64,000 nt of DNA from Takakia lepidozioides (Eukaryota; Plantae; Bryophyta): assembly GCA_030704615.1 (NCBI GenBank), contig CM060734.1, positions 61,380,001 to 61,444,000 of the forward strand, in the 5' to 3' direction. The notes under the pieces are model-generated. The model worked only from the letters and a program-made list of their open reading frames with translations. It was not told where the DNA came from and made no database searches. Of this stretch, positions 35,001 through 49,290 are shown one piece after another. Every line of letters starts with the position of its first letter. The stretch's first letter is position 1. The translations under genes and the position numbers were made by a program.

Positions 35001-37589
35001 TGATTTTGTGAAATATTGCTAGCAAATTTATACTCCAATTTATTGTAGGGGGTCAGTGAAAATGAATGTGAAGTTAGAATGAACAGTGCTCGTTATTTTC
35101 CAAAATCTTCCCGATATCCAAAGGGAGTAATAATAATCCAGGGGGAGGTGTCTGATGCAGGAGAGTGCGATCGAGCGGGATGACATTAAGGAACCTTTCA
35201 GTGAGGTGCGTGAACTGCTGTTGTTTAGCTTTTGCAGTACTCATGAGTTTCTCATGTAGATAGGCAATTTATGCACGTTCGCACATGCTCATGACATTAA
35301 TTTGTTTCTCTTTGTGCATGAGAGTGCAGGTGTCCATGTTCAAGAAGAACTATGATCATGTAACCAAGGACACTTATTTTGGCATGTATCGAGAAGCCAC
35401 ACGTGGCAACCCGAATTATTTCCTAACATATGGAAATGGGAAGGCAGCTGCTCGCATGCAGGATCACTTACGGCCTAATGGTGCCCATCGGTGGCACAAC
35501 TACATGAAGACACCCAAGTGAGTGAACTGTCTGTTGTATGTCTATGCATGCCGTGTTAGTTAAGATTTTGTGTTTATGCTTGTATTTGCCATTCCTGGAG
35601 AGTTGCACTTAGACCTCTTTGTACCCTTGCAGAACATCAAGGTAATTTGAACACTTCATACACTAAGTGATAGATATGACACCTACCAAGAAGGGAAACT
35701 TGTTTCTTTGCCTAATGGCAGGTTTAGTTTTGTTATTGAACTTCTTCTGTTCTCTCATTGAGATTTTCCGGTTTGGATGCAGTGAGATAAAACTGGAAGA
35801 GGCAGCAGTTTTGCACTATACCTACACAAAGTTTTCAGATCTGACTTCGCGGCGTGACCGCTGTGGTTGCAAGCCAACCAAGGAAGATGTGAAGCGCTGT
35901 TTCATGCTTGAGTTTGACCGTGCGGTACACCTACATTCCTCTGTTGGCTTGGTAGTCAGTCAGTGTATTAAGCGCCATACCTATATGGCTCCATGGTACT
36001 AATGAGGTGCTTTGGATGGTAACTGGTATGAAGTGTCCTTTGTGTGCCAAAGTTGATTTCAATTACACATTGCTACAGCACATGAAATGCAACTGGTGCC
36101 TTGTCGCGAGTTAAAGAAGTTAAGGATTGAAGCATATTCAAAGAGGAAGTTGTAGTTTCATAGCTTCAATAAACTTGTCAGAGGTTGATCATAGAAAGTA
36201 TCTTTCATTTGCTGCTTTCATTTCGGGGGCAGTGATTTGCTTACATTGACAATACTTGCTTCATTCCAGGCCTTCATCATTGCTTCAACAGCTTCACAGG
36301 AGGAGATGCGGCACTGGTATGATCTCCATGACCCATACCAAGTTGTTCCACTTGTTAGACTGTTACTGGATATCATTTCATGTTCAATCACATGCCATGA
36401 TAGGTTGGCTTAAATGTTGCGATTGTTTGCTGATATAACATGTTGTCACATCTGGTGTTTTCTCGATTTTTCCCTGTTCTGCTTCATCCAAACCAGGCAC
36501 GGGGTCTATATAAGGCAAGCAGAGACTCATTATACATCATGGTTTTGCAAGTAGCGTCAATCTGCTATGCTGTTCCAACCTGATGAGGATTAAGAAAACT
36601 TACATGGATTGCAGGTACAAAGAGCATGTTGTTTGGGGAGACAAGGATTTGAATTTGAAATTGATGAGAAAAGGCCTTTTGACACGTATCTATGCCCCTG
36701 GGGTCAGCGCCCTTGCCTTCTACTTGCCTTTACTCAGATCATGTTTCAGATACATGTTAGCATGTTAAACCACTGTGGTAGCATTCTTTCATTTTGTGGT
36801 AGCTTTCATGTCCAGTTTCCTGCGTGGAACAGATAGTCCACTGGGTAGGCACCGTGGTTAACCAAAGGTCCACCAGCGGTCATGCTTGTCTTACAAAAAT
36901 CATAAAACTAAGATGGAATTATTGGTCCTTAAGATTTCGTAGTTCAGAGTTAAGAGTCTCTGTGGGCCTCCAGAGAATTGCAGGGTTGGATTTGGCTTTG
37001 TGGACTTTGGACCCATAACAGGGAGATTTCTTCTATAGTTGACAATATCCCTTCAGAACCGGACTATCAGTTCCCCTAGAATTGTTGTATGGAAGACGTT
37101 TGAGTGTTTTTACCTGGGAGTATAGCTAACTCCTGATGGACATGATTGTGAACATGCTCCACAGACTAGGATGAACATCTCAACGGATGTATGACATTCA
37201 CAATACTGTTGCTGTAGGTGATTGTGCAAGGGCTACGGGAGGCAGGGGTTTTTAGTGATGCATTGCTAGCAGGGCAGGCCCACCTTGAGAAGTCGAGGTC
37301 ACAGGAAGAATTTTTTTCATCAGTAACTCACCCAGTGAGCCATCAAACAGACAATATCACACAGGCTGGGACGAATGTGGGACAAGCTGAAGATGCCGAA
37401 GATGCCGAGGGTGGGGTGAGAGTAGGTGGGCTAGATAATTCCAACAAGACCATTGAGGAGAAAGCGACAGCAAAAAGAAGTCTTCTAGAAATCAGCGACA
37501 TGATAGAGCCAGCCATGGCCCCATTGTCTCCCCCAAGCTTGGACCAGTTGGCCAGAGATTCTTTCAGGACTTATGTCAAGGGTTGGTGA
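32089..37589 (+). CDS. KOB1: KOBITO1/ELD1/ABI8-like glycosyltransferase-family protein (~11 exons)
   Basis: N-terminal TM segment [13 protein letters not shown]; [14 protein letters not shown]; [15 protein letters not shown]; [16 protein letters not shown]; [23 protein letters not shown]. Confidence 0.93.
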
Positions 37590-40500
37590 ATCATTTTTGC
37601 ACAAGCATGCTAGGACATATTCTGACATTCCTTGCAGCTCCGGGGGCGCAGGAAAGCAGTTTCAAGTTTCATCTTCGATTGAATTATCTGGTTAATGGTG
37701 AGTTTGATTTTACTATAATCAGTGTGTATATAATGGCAACTGAAGTCAGGTAGTCAAAAGAGCTGTCTCTCCAGGGGGATCACCAATGTAAACTGAATGC
37801 AAACTTCACATTGGATACTTGTGGTTACCAAGGCTTCAACGTCTTCTCTTAATTCAGGGTTTGCCTTGAAAATAAAAAAGGTACTGTTTCGACTCTGGTT
37901 GCTGGAGGTTGTGGTGATAGACACCAATCCATCAATCCACATGTCTCCAGACACAGCCTGCCCTCTAGTCGGGCCTCAAGGACATTTCAAGGGCAGTGCT
38001 CTGCCCTGACCCACTCTTCAATAGCCGAATTGGGCAGAGAAACCAGGTTAGTCACATATACCCCTAGTTCGCCTTGGCCAAGTACAAATACAGGTCACCC
38101 TATCACTTTGGTCAGCTGCATACCAGCTTCCTTTGCATGTGTTATTGGAAGAAAGGAAAGGCCAGCCATGGATCCTCGAGCTTTGGAGGTATTCCGGATT
38201 TTGTTGATGTCTGATCAAAAAATTTGGATCCCACAATGTGGAGGAAAGGCACCAACTTGTGAAGGTGGTTGCCCCTACATTGCAAAACATATGCCCGCTG
38301 TCTTTTTGTTGTAAGAACTCTTCTATGTCACAAGTTGTACTAGTAAATCTAGCATTTGGTCAACACATATTTGATATCTTGGAGGATTCGGAATGATGTC
38401 CTAATGTTGCAAAATGATTATTGAGACAAGTTTTCACGCCCAAGTATACAACACATGCCAGGATTTAAGGGCTAAGCATAGAAACCCATGTAGTATTATA
38501 CTTATGGCCAGAAAAGCTAATCCAGATCACATGCTTTTCTCCAGTTTGTAGAGATGATTCCAAGGTGACAAAAACCAACTTAACCCGCTGTATTAGGGGA
38601 CCCAGGTTCCATAGTAGGATGCTACTGATTCATATGTGACCAAAGACTGAATGTTCCAAAGATATCACACTGCATAACTTGGAAGGAATATTTACAGTTC
38701 TGAACTGCACAGCTTTTATTCATGAAAGTTCTGTAAGCTCTGCACGCAGATATGAGAGGAAACCAACTGTGTGTCTCTCTGTTTTACAACACAAAAATTG
38801 TGATGGTTCTATGATGTTTGAATATGACCCGCTTGACGTAACTTGGGGATTTTGCCAAGGTTCCTGCACTCCACAAGGCTTAAGCCAAATTTCCAGACAA
38901 GATCCTTCTGGGTTTCACAGTACCTTCATGCTTCTGTTCCCTCATGGCAACAAATGTGAGAGCATCACTCGCTGAGTGGAAACAGTGCGAAGTCACTGGG
39001 ATGTGTGGGACTTCCTCAGTGAGGTCAGAGCGTGCACACCAAACTGAATCCAATGAAGGCTTGGCATAGGCAGGGACAGCAACACATCCTACTCCTACAT
39101 AGTGAAGAGCTGACATTACCACCCCCTGTACTCATAGAGTTGGAACAAACTTATCACCCGGTTCCAGTATTGGAAAGGAGGTGATTTAAGTTAGAGTAGT
39201 AGTGGGCTGTAGTCACCTCACAAATGCAAAGGAAGAGCAGCACACACACGCAAAACCAAAAAAGAAGAGTCAGATTCTGCATGATCCGCAAGAGAGCAAC
39301 CTTCACATCCGCGCTGGCGGCGGCTGTCTACCACCCTGTCGTCAGTTACTAGACTTTTTAGTCGGACGATTACTTGATGTTCAAGCCAGCCTCGCACACC
39401 GATACTCGTAAATCCGCCAACCCAAACCAGAATTGTACGTGTGATCACACGTTTGACGAACGGGATGTATCACTTCACTACTCGAGAGGTTCCGACTTCC
39501 GACGAAGGATTGCCTTTCGGATGCCCCACACTTTTGCTAATTCAGGAACGCTTACTCACTTTTGAGCCCGAGACTTTTACTAATCGAGGAATGTTTTCAG
39601 CGCGAGGTCTTGCTAATCGAGGAATGCTTACTCACTTTTCAATGGCCGAGACTTTTGCTATCCAGGAATGCTCTACTCACTTGCGAGCTGTATATAAGAT
39701 GCACAATCAGATACTTGGTCATAGTTTTCAGGTACGTGTAGACCTTGGAACACCCATCCCAAGGCAATCAGTTTCACACACTCCCTTCCACCTCGTCTCG
39801 GAGTTGCTATGGCTCCTCCACCCGATCGATCACCGCCAAGGATCACACGGCCGCAATGGCTGGACCTCCAGGCCCTGTCACACGGGATGGTCGAATCAGA
39901 CGGAAGATGGCGGACGTCTCTCTGGAGGAGAAGACAGAAGTAAAGCCCACCCGGGGGCTGAAATCCGTGGCAAAGGCTAGCTCGAACGCAAAGAAGGAGA
40001 GGCGTATAGAGCGTCCTTGTGAGATTCCGACAGTGAAAACGCCTACGATCATATCCAAGGATCAGCCAGCTCCAAAGAAGCGGGTGCCAGCTGCAAGGAA
40101 GCGGATCGTGCCGTTGGGAAAATTCACAACTGCAACTGGTATCGCAATGAAGGAGGGATCGATACATGCCAAAAGGAAAATAGGTGAAGCGGAAGAGATG
40201 TCCTGCAAAAGGGAACGGGAAGGGCAAGACCAAGGTTGAGGAGCGTCCTAAGACTATTCACGATCCAGAAATGATCTTCTACGACTGGAGGGACGGAGTT
40301 GGGTGCTCTACGAATGTTACAGACAGGAGCTCCAGAAGCGTGTACAAGCACGCCGATTTCGACAACGCAAGCTTCATGGAGTACATCGTTGCTGAGAATC
40401 GGTTTGCACTACTTGAAATTCACTGGGGAATTCATACTGTGAGGCTCTGATTCATTTTGCCAAGAGGGGATCGTGATTCGTCATGTAAAGCATCACGATT

Positions 40501-41825
40501 AGTCGGTTGAGATAGTGAAGACATTCATGCTTGAGCAAGATGAGATCCAGTGTAGCTCTAGTGGATCACACATGAATTCTGAAGCTTGAGGCTCCAAGGG
40601 TTTAATTAAGAACTTGTGTACATATTGAGCTGATTCTTAATTTCTGTTTACAAATCAGTTTGACACTCCATTTAATTTATCTGTTTACGGATTTATGTTG
40701 GAGTCTTGTCTGGTTGTAGCTGAGCATAAATCTGCAACTTCCAAGGGGGAAGCAGGACTCCCTTTTTGCATTACTGTGGAAAAATTTGCAGTTGACAATT
40801 CATAAGTTCTTTTCTGGACAATTCTTCACACTGATCAATAGCAAATTTTTGGTTGGTAGGCACGCAGATACCAACCGTGTGTACATCTTGATTTGTTTCC
40901 AGACGGTCCCAACGTATGATGTTTGTATCTTCTTTCCTTTATCAATTGCATAAGAAAGAGAGATAGGTACTAAATCAATTTCAGTCACAGCCACAATGGA
41001 ATGTTCGGAGGGTGGATTCATGAGGTATATTGTGAAAGAGGGACTATCCATCAGAGGCCCAGTGCCAATGGAACACATTTTAACAACTGCCTGCAGAACC
41101 ATATCTATACGAGATTGCATGGGAAACATGTGTTTATATTCCTCCAAAGGACTCGGACAAGTAGCAGCTGGTAAGGATTCTTGTATTTCCACGTAGGCCA
41201 AACAACGAACAGTGATCCCGGCTATGGCAGGAGTTCTTCTCAGATCCTTCACTATGGTGGGACAACAGGTTTGATAAGGTGAGGCTATCTTCATTCAGGA
41301 TGTGAGACAGTTTGTGAAGGAGGGCTTCTGTCTGCACCTGGCCTCATTGTGGACTGATTGTATCTCCAGTTGCTTACAGCAATGTAAAATTATTATCCAT
41401 TCTCCATTCTCCAATTCAACTGATTTCTCCTCATGGAAAGTGTCAGCCAGTTCCGATTGGACTCTTTGGATGGAACCCAAGGACAACACAGAGAGATGTC
41501 CATGACCAGTTGAAAATTAACCACAGCTCATCCAAATTTTGCAACGCAGTTTTGCAATTCGAACGATAGACGTTCAAGCAAACACGTCGAACTAAGCAAG
41601 CAACATGTTCATCTGTTGTCAGACAGTGAAGACAATACGCATGAAGATCCCAACTAGCGAACAATGAATTCCAAGCAAAATTGAAAGCAGTTCATCCTAT
41701 TTCTCTGTGAATCTGTTTACCAGTTTTTGTGTCAGTCTTGTTTGTCTCATGGGATTTGTTAAAGAGGGTCCACCGAAATTTGATACTTCTGTGCACAGAC
41801 TGCATGCTGGGGGTGATTGCATTGG

Positions 41826-41965
41826 GGTGATGCAAATCCCAGATTTCTGCATGCAGGAATGTGACTAGAGTAGAAACAGATTTTTAATTTCGCTTGAGGG
41901 TGATGCAAATCCCAGATTTCTGCATGCAGGAATTTGACTAGAGTAGAAACAGATTTTTAATTTCA
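41826..41965. repeat. ~72-bp tandem duplication
   Basis: GGGTGATGCAAATCCCAGATTTCTGCATGCAGGAAT..GACTAGAGTAGAAACAGATTTTTAATTTC occurs twice in succession. Confidence 0.85.
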
Positions 41966-42996
41966 CTAGAGTCAACTGGTTTTGTCAGCCCGTACAGCTA
42001 CAAAAGCTTCAGTTTCTGACTGTCCTTTGCAGCCTTTCATGTGGTTCTCTTATTGTCTGCTTGACGTTTCTGTTTTCCTCTATTTGTTTTGTTTTCCTCC
42101 ATAGTCTTCCACAGCCTGGGGATAGAGACTGGTAGGTGTGACAGCTTGAGGAGCACCTGTGCTAGGACAACAGGAGGGAATTTGAAAATGAAGAACATTT
42201 CTTCTTTTATTGTCCTTCTGCTATGAGAATTGGGAAAAATACTCTTGTCTACTCCGAGATAGCCAATCACACACAGAGGTCTTCCAACACTGGTTTCTTG
42301 TTACTGTAGCTTCGGTTCTCTCCAGATCTCAGCTCTGCTTCTCTGACCTGTGCCCTTCCGGTCTTAGCTTCGTTTGCCAGCTTGTGGCTGTGGCTGTTAT
42401 CAGCAAGCTTGGGCTTCTAGGATACCTCCCCCCCCCCTGCAGCTGCTCTTAGATATGGGCTGCTGCTTCTTCTCTCCTTGCTTTTTTTTCTCTGTTCATG
42501 GCAGATCTCTCCCTCCCTGCTGCGCTGCTTGTTTCCTTCTGTTTTTCTTTGCTCTTCTGCATCTGTCCCTCCCACTTCCCTCGGTTCTGGTCACAAAGCG
42601 ATGCCTTCCTGGGTCAGCCTCCATGGCACTCGTGTAGAGGTTATTTTTTCCTCTTGTTCTTCTCGGACCTTGGTCCTTCTTTAGTAAAGTTCTTACAGGG
42701 CTACAATCCCCCTGTTTTAAAAAAAAAAGAAAAAAACGGATAAGAATAATAACCCAGACAAATAGAATATCATGCATATCACAAAAGAGTAGTGCGTATT
42801 GAATAAAATGTTCTCTTTAAGCCTGCCGGCGGCCACTGGTGACATAGACAATCACCGGATGGACACTTGCTGACTGCATAATATCTACCTTGCAGCAGAG
42901 CCGAAGAGAAATTCGCTTCCAGGGCCAACTTTCACCCTGATACTCAAAACTCCGTATTGTACACATCTCCACTCTGAAATGGAGTAGGATGGACAA

Positions 42997-43031
42997 CTAC
43001 GAAGCCTGCGGCTTAATTTGACTCAACACGG

Positions 43032-43067
<36 letters not shown>

Positions 43068-46000
43068 GGTGCTTTGTAATAAGCTTGTCAATGTCAGGCG
43101 ACAGGACCAAGCGCTGGCCCACATCTCCAAGAAAGCAGCATTGTTTTGACGTAGGATTCACAGCTGCTAGTTCTTGAGCAACTACACACTCTGTGCCTGG
43201 TAGTGCCTGCCATTTGTCACATAATGCATCAGTCACGTCGAATTTTATGACCAACACTACATACATGAATGGTGTGTGACTAGACTTTCACCCTGTAGCA
43301 TGCACAGTTATATAATGATGTGACAACCTTGTCAGTATCACTATGGACTGCAAGCTCATTCACATGTTTCTGAACTGCATTGAAATACTATGGTGTTTGT
43401 AAGCTTGAACAGAATGGAGTCCATCCTGCTACAACAGACAGGGTGCAAGAATATCACAGAAATGCTCTGGTAAGTTCCGGAAAGTCTTCGTATCCAAGTA
43501 CTCATTGAGACTTATATATGATGAGACTCAAATATATGATGACTTGTCCATTGAGGACCTGCCTTTCATCAGGAGTCCCTCCTCTTAGATGTTAAATTAA
43601 TCATTACACATTTGCTTAATTCAGATACATTTTTTGTTAAAGCTACATAGAGCATGAAAATGACGATGCAACTGCGTTTGGGATCTCTGCATGGCACTTA
43701 CATCTAGAATGACATCCCCAAGCTGCATCTTGATGGCTGCACTTTCATAGACCAAAAGCTTGCCCATGCAGCCTTCTGGCAGCTTCTCCAATTTGATGGT
43801 ACCATCACCAATTCTCCGGCCTTCCTTGCTGCCTGCATTGCTGCTGGTGGCCCGATCCACATCCACAACACCTTTCGAGAAGGAACTGAGTGGCAGTGAA
43901 GTAGGAATCTGGGAAAAGAGAAGCCTGTCACCTTCTCGCCTTTCCTGCATGAATATCCATTTGTCTCAGACAACACATCTAACCACCAGTGCAGAGCACA
44001 GAGTGCAAAACAGCACTCTCACACCTTTCACAAGGACACTGGCACCAGGGGGAGACCTGGGTCCCCTCATGTTGCTCTAGATCATAGGAGAACTCACATA
44101 TAGGTCAAGTTCTTCAGCAGGGGCGACTGCATCCTCATCATGAATCCTGCTTGCTGCCTGCTCTCCAAACTCCTCTTCATCCAACAACTCTGGACACCAC
44201 CACATGTCATCCTCAGGATTTCCACCTCCAGTTCAGTTCCAAGTGAACGGGATTATGCACAGTTCTATCATTTCACATGTGACTTACCAAACACGGGAGT
44301 CCTCCTCATGTTATCATAACTGACACCCTCTGTAGCACCAATGTTGCAACACAAGAGTACATAGGCCTTACTGGCTACTGAGTCATTATAGATGCTATGG
44401 TTCCTCATTCTTCTGAATATATCACCCTTAGCTAAAATTAGGGATTTTGTGTAATTTTTGAGGCAGACCTGAAATTCCAGACATTGGTCTTCGAAGTGGA
44501 AGTGTCACAGGGTAATACTTGGAGTCATCCTGCAACCATAACATAAAGCACTCAGAAGGAAACTGCAAGCCAGATGAATCGTAACACTACAATGACGGAG
44601 GTATATTCCAGTGTTGTACTGGTATATGTATTTTTTAATACCAGACTGGTACTGGTATGAAGGATCCCACCCCTTATTCATACCAGGCTGTTATGAGCAT
44701 AGATGTATAAATTCGTGTATCATCTGGTACTATATAAATATGGTATGAGTGCTTGTGAAATGGGTTGTATATGTACTGGTATTGCAGTTTTTGGAATTCA
44801 TATTGGGGGTATATGAACACTGGTATGGTATGGTACATATACCATTGTTCATATACCCCCAGTATACCTTGACATATATATACTGGTATGGTACTTGTTG
44901 GTACAAAATATCAATAGCTGCTTATATGCTCCTGTCCACAACACTCTATTATGAAGCTTGTTTCCCACAGCCACCCTCTCTTTCACAAAATAGCCCTCTT
45001 GTATCCATATGATACAATGAAGCAATTTAAGCACATCTCTTGCTCTTACTCTTACCTAGCTCCAGCCTCTGCCTGCAACCCTGAATACTGGTATGGCAGA
45101 CAGTATCAGCAACGGCACAATAACTAGGCTGATCTGGTATGGAGGCTGTGAACCCTAACTGCATACCCACCCAGTATGTATCTCGTCTACGTATTTAGGT
45201 TCTTCCATACCAGTTGGGTATGTTCTCTCATACCATTACTCATACCCGTACTATATACCCTGGTGCACTGCTGTATACGGGTACAACACTGGTATATTCC
45301 ATGTCTTCAACAACTATGATGTAAGAGAGAACAACATATCTGAATTGCACCCATTGGCTGGTGAGACAGAGATACCGCGTACCAGGGGCTCCACTACGTT
45401 CTTTGACTTTCCCAAGTTTGAATCAAAAAACGGGTCACCTGCAATCACCAGCATATAGGCATTGTTCCACCTGAATCATCCAGAAAACAACCATGGTGTT
45501 GATATAACCTAGCAATGACGACTGATCACAGAGGGACTGACAGTGAGAAAAACAGGTAAAGAGATAACCAAGAGAGCAAAGAAGGGTCTTTCTGAAATGC
45601 CAGTCCTCTGGTTCCTGATGACTTCAACAAACTGTGCCAATGTACCATTCCTCACTATCAAGTTACCCTCATGACAGGACAGCTCATCAGCCCAATTGGC
45701 AGTACTTGGTGAGGGTATAAACTGAAACACCAAATCAACTACTGATTTATATACCGGAAAGACTCTTATCATAGAAACTGAAAACACTATGTACCTTGCG
45801 CAAATGGCTTTTGGTTGGTTCCACTCCGCCCTCCCCCTCCACTACTTTTGTGATTACCAGCACCGCCAAATGCTGCAGCTTGACCAGCAGTAGCTGACCC
45901 ATATCCAAATGCCACCCGCGTTTGGCCTGTTTCCAAAATATAACCCTTAGTTTCTTGAGCACAGTGGGGCAAAGAGGGGCTGGTGCCGCCTGAACAATCA

Positions 46001-48533
46001 CTCATGAACAAAACTTTCAACCATATTTCATATTCTGCTTGTGACAGTTGAAGTTAGCTGGTCCAGCTGTTATGAAGAAGTGCATACAAAAAATGTTGAC
46101 CGCATGTTAGAGGCAAGACATGTCTTCAGTTTCCGCATAGCGACACAATTGGCACACTTGAATTCACAAAGGACTTGCTTTGACACCTGTCTCTTTCATT
46201 TCACCTGGCCTGAGCCAAATGACCAACAACAACAAAATTGGATAGGCCAGGCAAACAGGAAATGTACCCTTGCGGTCAGGCCCAGATCGCTGGCCTTGTG
46301 CCCCGGCATCCTCCTGAGATTGCTGTAGACACTTACAAAACTTCTAATGAGTGAAGTATTTTACTGTGGCAAAATAACTACACTGAAGAAGGCTATCATA
46401 GTTCTGCACCATAGGGCATGAAAATAGGAACTGAATGCAAAGCCACCTGTTCTTTGGGGGCTAGAGGCTAACGTCAGTAAATGTGCAGTGGTGGCATTCA
46501 GCAACAGAGGAGAGGGAGGAAGTGATCTCAAGTGGCAGTGGGGTAGCCAAGAGCAAACTGGCAAGGGCAAAGCACTGGATCTCACTAAATTTTTCCACTG
46601 CAGAGGAATCAACTCCGAGGTTAAGAAAACCATGCTTTGTCGCGTTATTAGACCTGCCTTGGAGTACGCATCTGCAATATGGGTTGATAACTCCAACCAG
46701 GCTAACTCTCTAGAATCCATTCAAGTGGGAGTGCTTAAGGTGTGCATGTCAGCATGCTCCAAAACAGCCAATGTGGCTGTTCGGGGTGAGTTTGGCATAC
46801 CTTCCTTCAGGTCCCGACGAGATGAATTCAAGGTCAGATGGTGGGGTCAGCTGCAACACATGCCCAACACCAGATATCCTAAGTTAATCGCCTCTATACC
46901 TTGGAAACAGGACTGTCCTGTCAAACAGGCTAAGTTCTGGCAGAAGAGATTGTACTCATAAGACGTTGTTTGCCGTAGCCTTGTGGCCATTGACCCCGCG
47001 CCCAGTTTGAGCGGGAACAAAAGGAACAGAACCGACCTCTGTCAGGGGCTGACGTTGGTAGTAAGACTTACCTTCATATAAAGAATTAATCCGGGTTTTC
47101 CAGATATCCTCTAGAAATCCCTTCACACAAGCATCACTCTGCTGTGTGTGATTTGCCCAAAAACTAGGCCTCAGGAGGGCCTGGGCTTTTGGCTCAGCCT
47201 CGAGACTTTCAAAGTTGGTAAACAGGGGTACAGGCACAATTCCCTTGATAGAGTTGAAGAGAGGTCTCTTTGGTGAGAGAACCCCGGACAGTGTATCAGA
47301 AAATGAATACTGTCTTCAGATTGCCCACACAACGGGCAATTGCACTCTCCCTTTCCTCTCTGCTTCTGTTTGCTGCTCAAAGGTAGGCTTCCTGGCAGAA
47401 GAGAGTAGAAGAGATTCTCAAGGATCTGAATCTGGATCCGCAAGTCTTGACCCTGCTGGATAAACCTGACTTAGAGGCTGTGCCATGTCTGTTGCCATGA
47501 AATTGTCTGACAAAAATGAAACTTGCCTGAACTTGTCTCCAGTCTGCGACATGGGGGAGGACATCATGGATGACCTCAAGGGTCTACCCACTCTCGGCAC
47601 TAGACTGAAATTTAAACTCAGGGCAGGAAGCCTACCTTTGAACAGCAAACAGAAGCAGAGAGGAAAGGGAGAGTGCAATTGCCCGTTTTGTGGGCAACCT
47701 GAAGACAATATTCATTTCCCGATACATTGTCCGGGGTTCTCTCATCAGAGAGACGCTCTCCTCAAATCTATCAAGGGAATTGTGCCCGTACCTCTGTTTA
47801 CCAACTTTGAAAGTCTCGAGGCTGAGCCAAAAGCCCAGGCCCTTCTGGGGCCTAGTTACTGGGCAAACTGCACACAGCAGATTGATGCTTGTGTGAAGGG
47901 ATTTCTAGAGGATATCTGGAAAACCCGGATCAATGTATTATATCAAGGTAAGTCTTACTACCAACGTCAGCCCCTGACAGAGGTAGGTTCTGTCCCTTTG
48001 TGTTCCGCTCAAACTGGGCGCTGGGTCAATGACCACAAGGCTACGGCAAACAACGTCTGATGAGTACATTCTATGTCCAGCAAGTGCACTATTACAGGTT
48101 TTAAGTTTTAAGTGAATCCAGCAATTACATCAGACAACACACAACTCCCAGAAACCGGATTGAATGCTCTGGCAATTTCGGGTTAGAGCTCAAATACCCA
48201 GTGAGGTTGCTAGGGAATGGGATATCTCCTTGAGGATAAATTACAGCTAAAGTTTTCAGGGGGTTCTTTCAGCAAGACTTCTCTTAACATGCAGACAGCT
48301 TGCAACTCTTGCATCCTGCATCCCATACAGATTCCTGGGCACAGAAATCCACAATGAGAGCCGACAATTCCACCATGACTTGTAAAATCACTCCAAAAAA
48401 AGACACACAATCGCCGAAAAGAACACCACCTTGCGAACGCCGCCACGAGTGAATTGTTCAGGAGGTGGAGCGGTGTCCCATCACCATTGCTACCATTCGC
48501 TTGCCCCCCACCTCCTCTTGATGCTTCTGCCAT
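42997..48533 (-). CDS. RPC4: RNA polymerase III subunit RPC4 (RPC53)-like gene, possibly degenerate
   Basis: Exon pieces RVAFGYG, YYPVTLPLRRP, ELLDEEEFGE, LPEGCMGKLLVYESAAIKMQLGDVILD, ECVVAQELAAVN..CCFLGDV..LSPDID. First-exon frame is uncertain. Confidence 0.8.
43003..43067 (+). pseudogene. 65-bp 18S rRNA fragment
   Basis: AGCCTGCGGCTTAATTTGACTCAACACGGGGAAACTTACCAGGTCCAGACATAGTAAGGATTGAC is a conserved eukaryotic SSU rRNA segment; the flanks are not rRNA. Confidence 0.92.
44609..45291. mobile_element. Non-autonomous hAT MITE (683 bp) in RPC4 intron
   Basis: TIR CAGTGTTGTAC; 8-bp TSD GTATATTC at 44601-44608 and 45292-45299; internal TGGTAT repeats. Confidence 0.92.
46456..48068 (+). mobile_element. 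5'-truncated LINE (RT end + CCHC finger), split by a nested antisense copy
   Basis: Near-identical to 53017-54255, with small deletions; ends ..TGAGTACA. Confidence 0.88.
46950..47391 (-). mobile_element. Short LINE 3' fragment inserted antisense in the preceding LINE
   Basis: 13-bp TSD CTGGCAGAAGAGA at 46937-46949 and 47392-47404; begins with the reverse complement of the LINE 3' end. Confidence 0.88.
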
Positions 48534-49290
48534 AGTGCCCTCCCTACCCGACAATTGTCTCGCCTTACTCGGATGGCCGCGATCTTATAAACTCACGTGA
48601 TGCAGTTGAGATGGTACATATGTTCGGAATTTGACACTAGAGAAGTGTGATCATCAGTTGTTGTCATCTTTGGGGAGGCCATTTCAATTGCTCAATTTGT
48701 GTGCAGCGCACGGTATTCAGGAAAGTTCTTTGGGGCACACTGTGCTCTCAAATATCAAGATTGTGTTCTTACCGGTGAGCATTTTGCGGGGAGTGTGAGG
48801 AGAGGGAGGGGTTAAAGGCAATGGGAGGCTCTGGGCTGAGATAGCCTGAGCTACTTTTAGAGTGGTGGAGAGATAACATATGAGGTTTACGACCACCGCG
48901 GCACCTGTTGTTCCTGCTAATCGTGCGGTTATGAAGTCTGTGCTTTGGGCATCTGTAAGAAGATATGTATATCCCATGATGACCCTTTCTCACACTTCAC
49001 AGGAGGATTGGCAGTGTGAATCCTTACATTTTCCTGGAGCCCAGACACTCCTTGAGCACCTTGAGGAGTCCAAAATTCGCCCACACTGACAGGCAAGTAG
49101 CGCTAATCAGAAGTCCACCAACTTGGTTCCCTTTTTATACAAGCAGCAATGGCTGCTATGGTTAAAACATGCCTCCTGCCGACGATTCAGGTGGCACTCA
49201 CTCACCCCTAATCAATATACAAACCAATCTTGCCAACTAGCGTAGTGTTGACATCTACTTTGAAGCCTTGGACCACATCTATTTGATGAT

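Noticed and set aside
39127-40797. Solo LTR
   Set aside because: No TG...CA boundaries with a matching 5-bp TSD could be found.
43003-43067. Functional 18S rRNA gene
   Set aside because: Only 65 bp match; the flanks are not rDNA.
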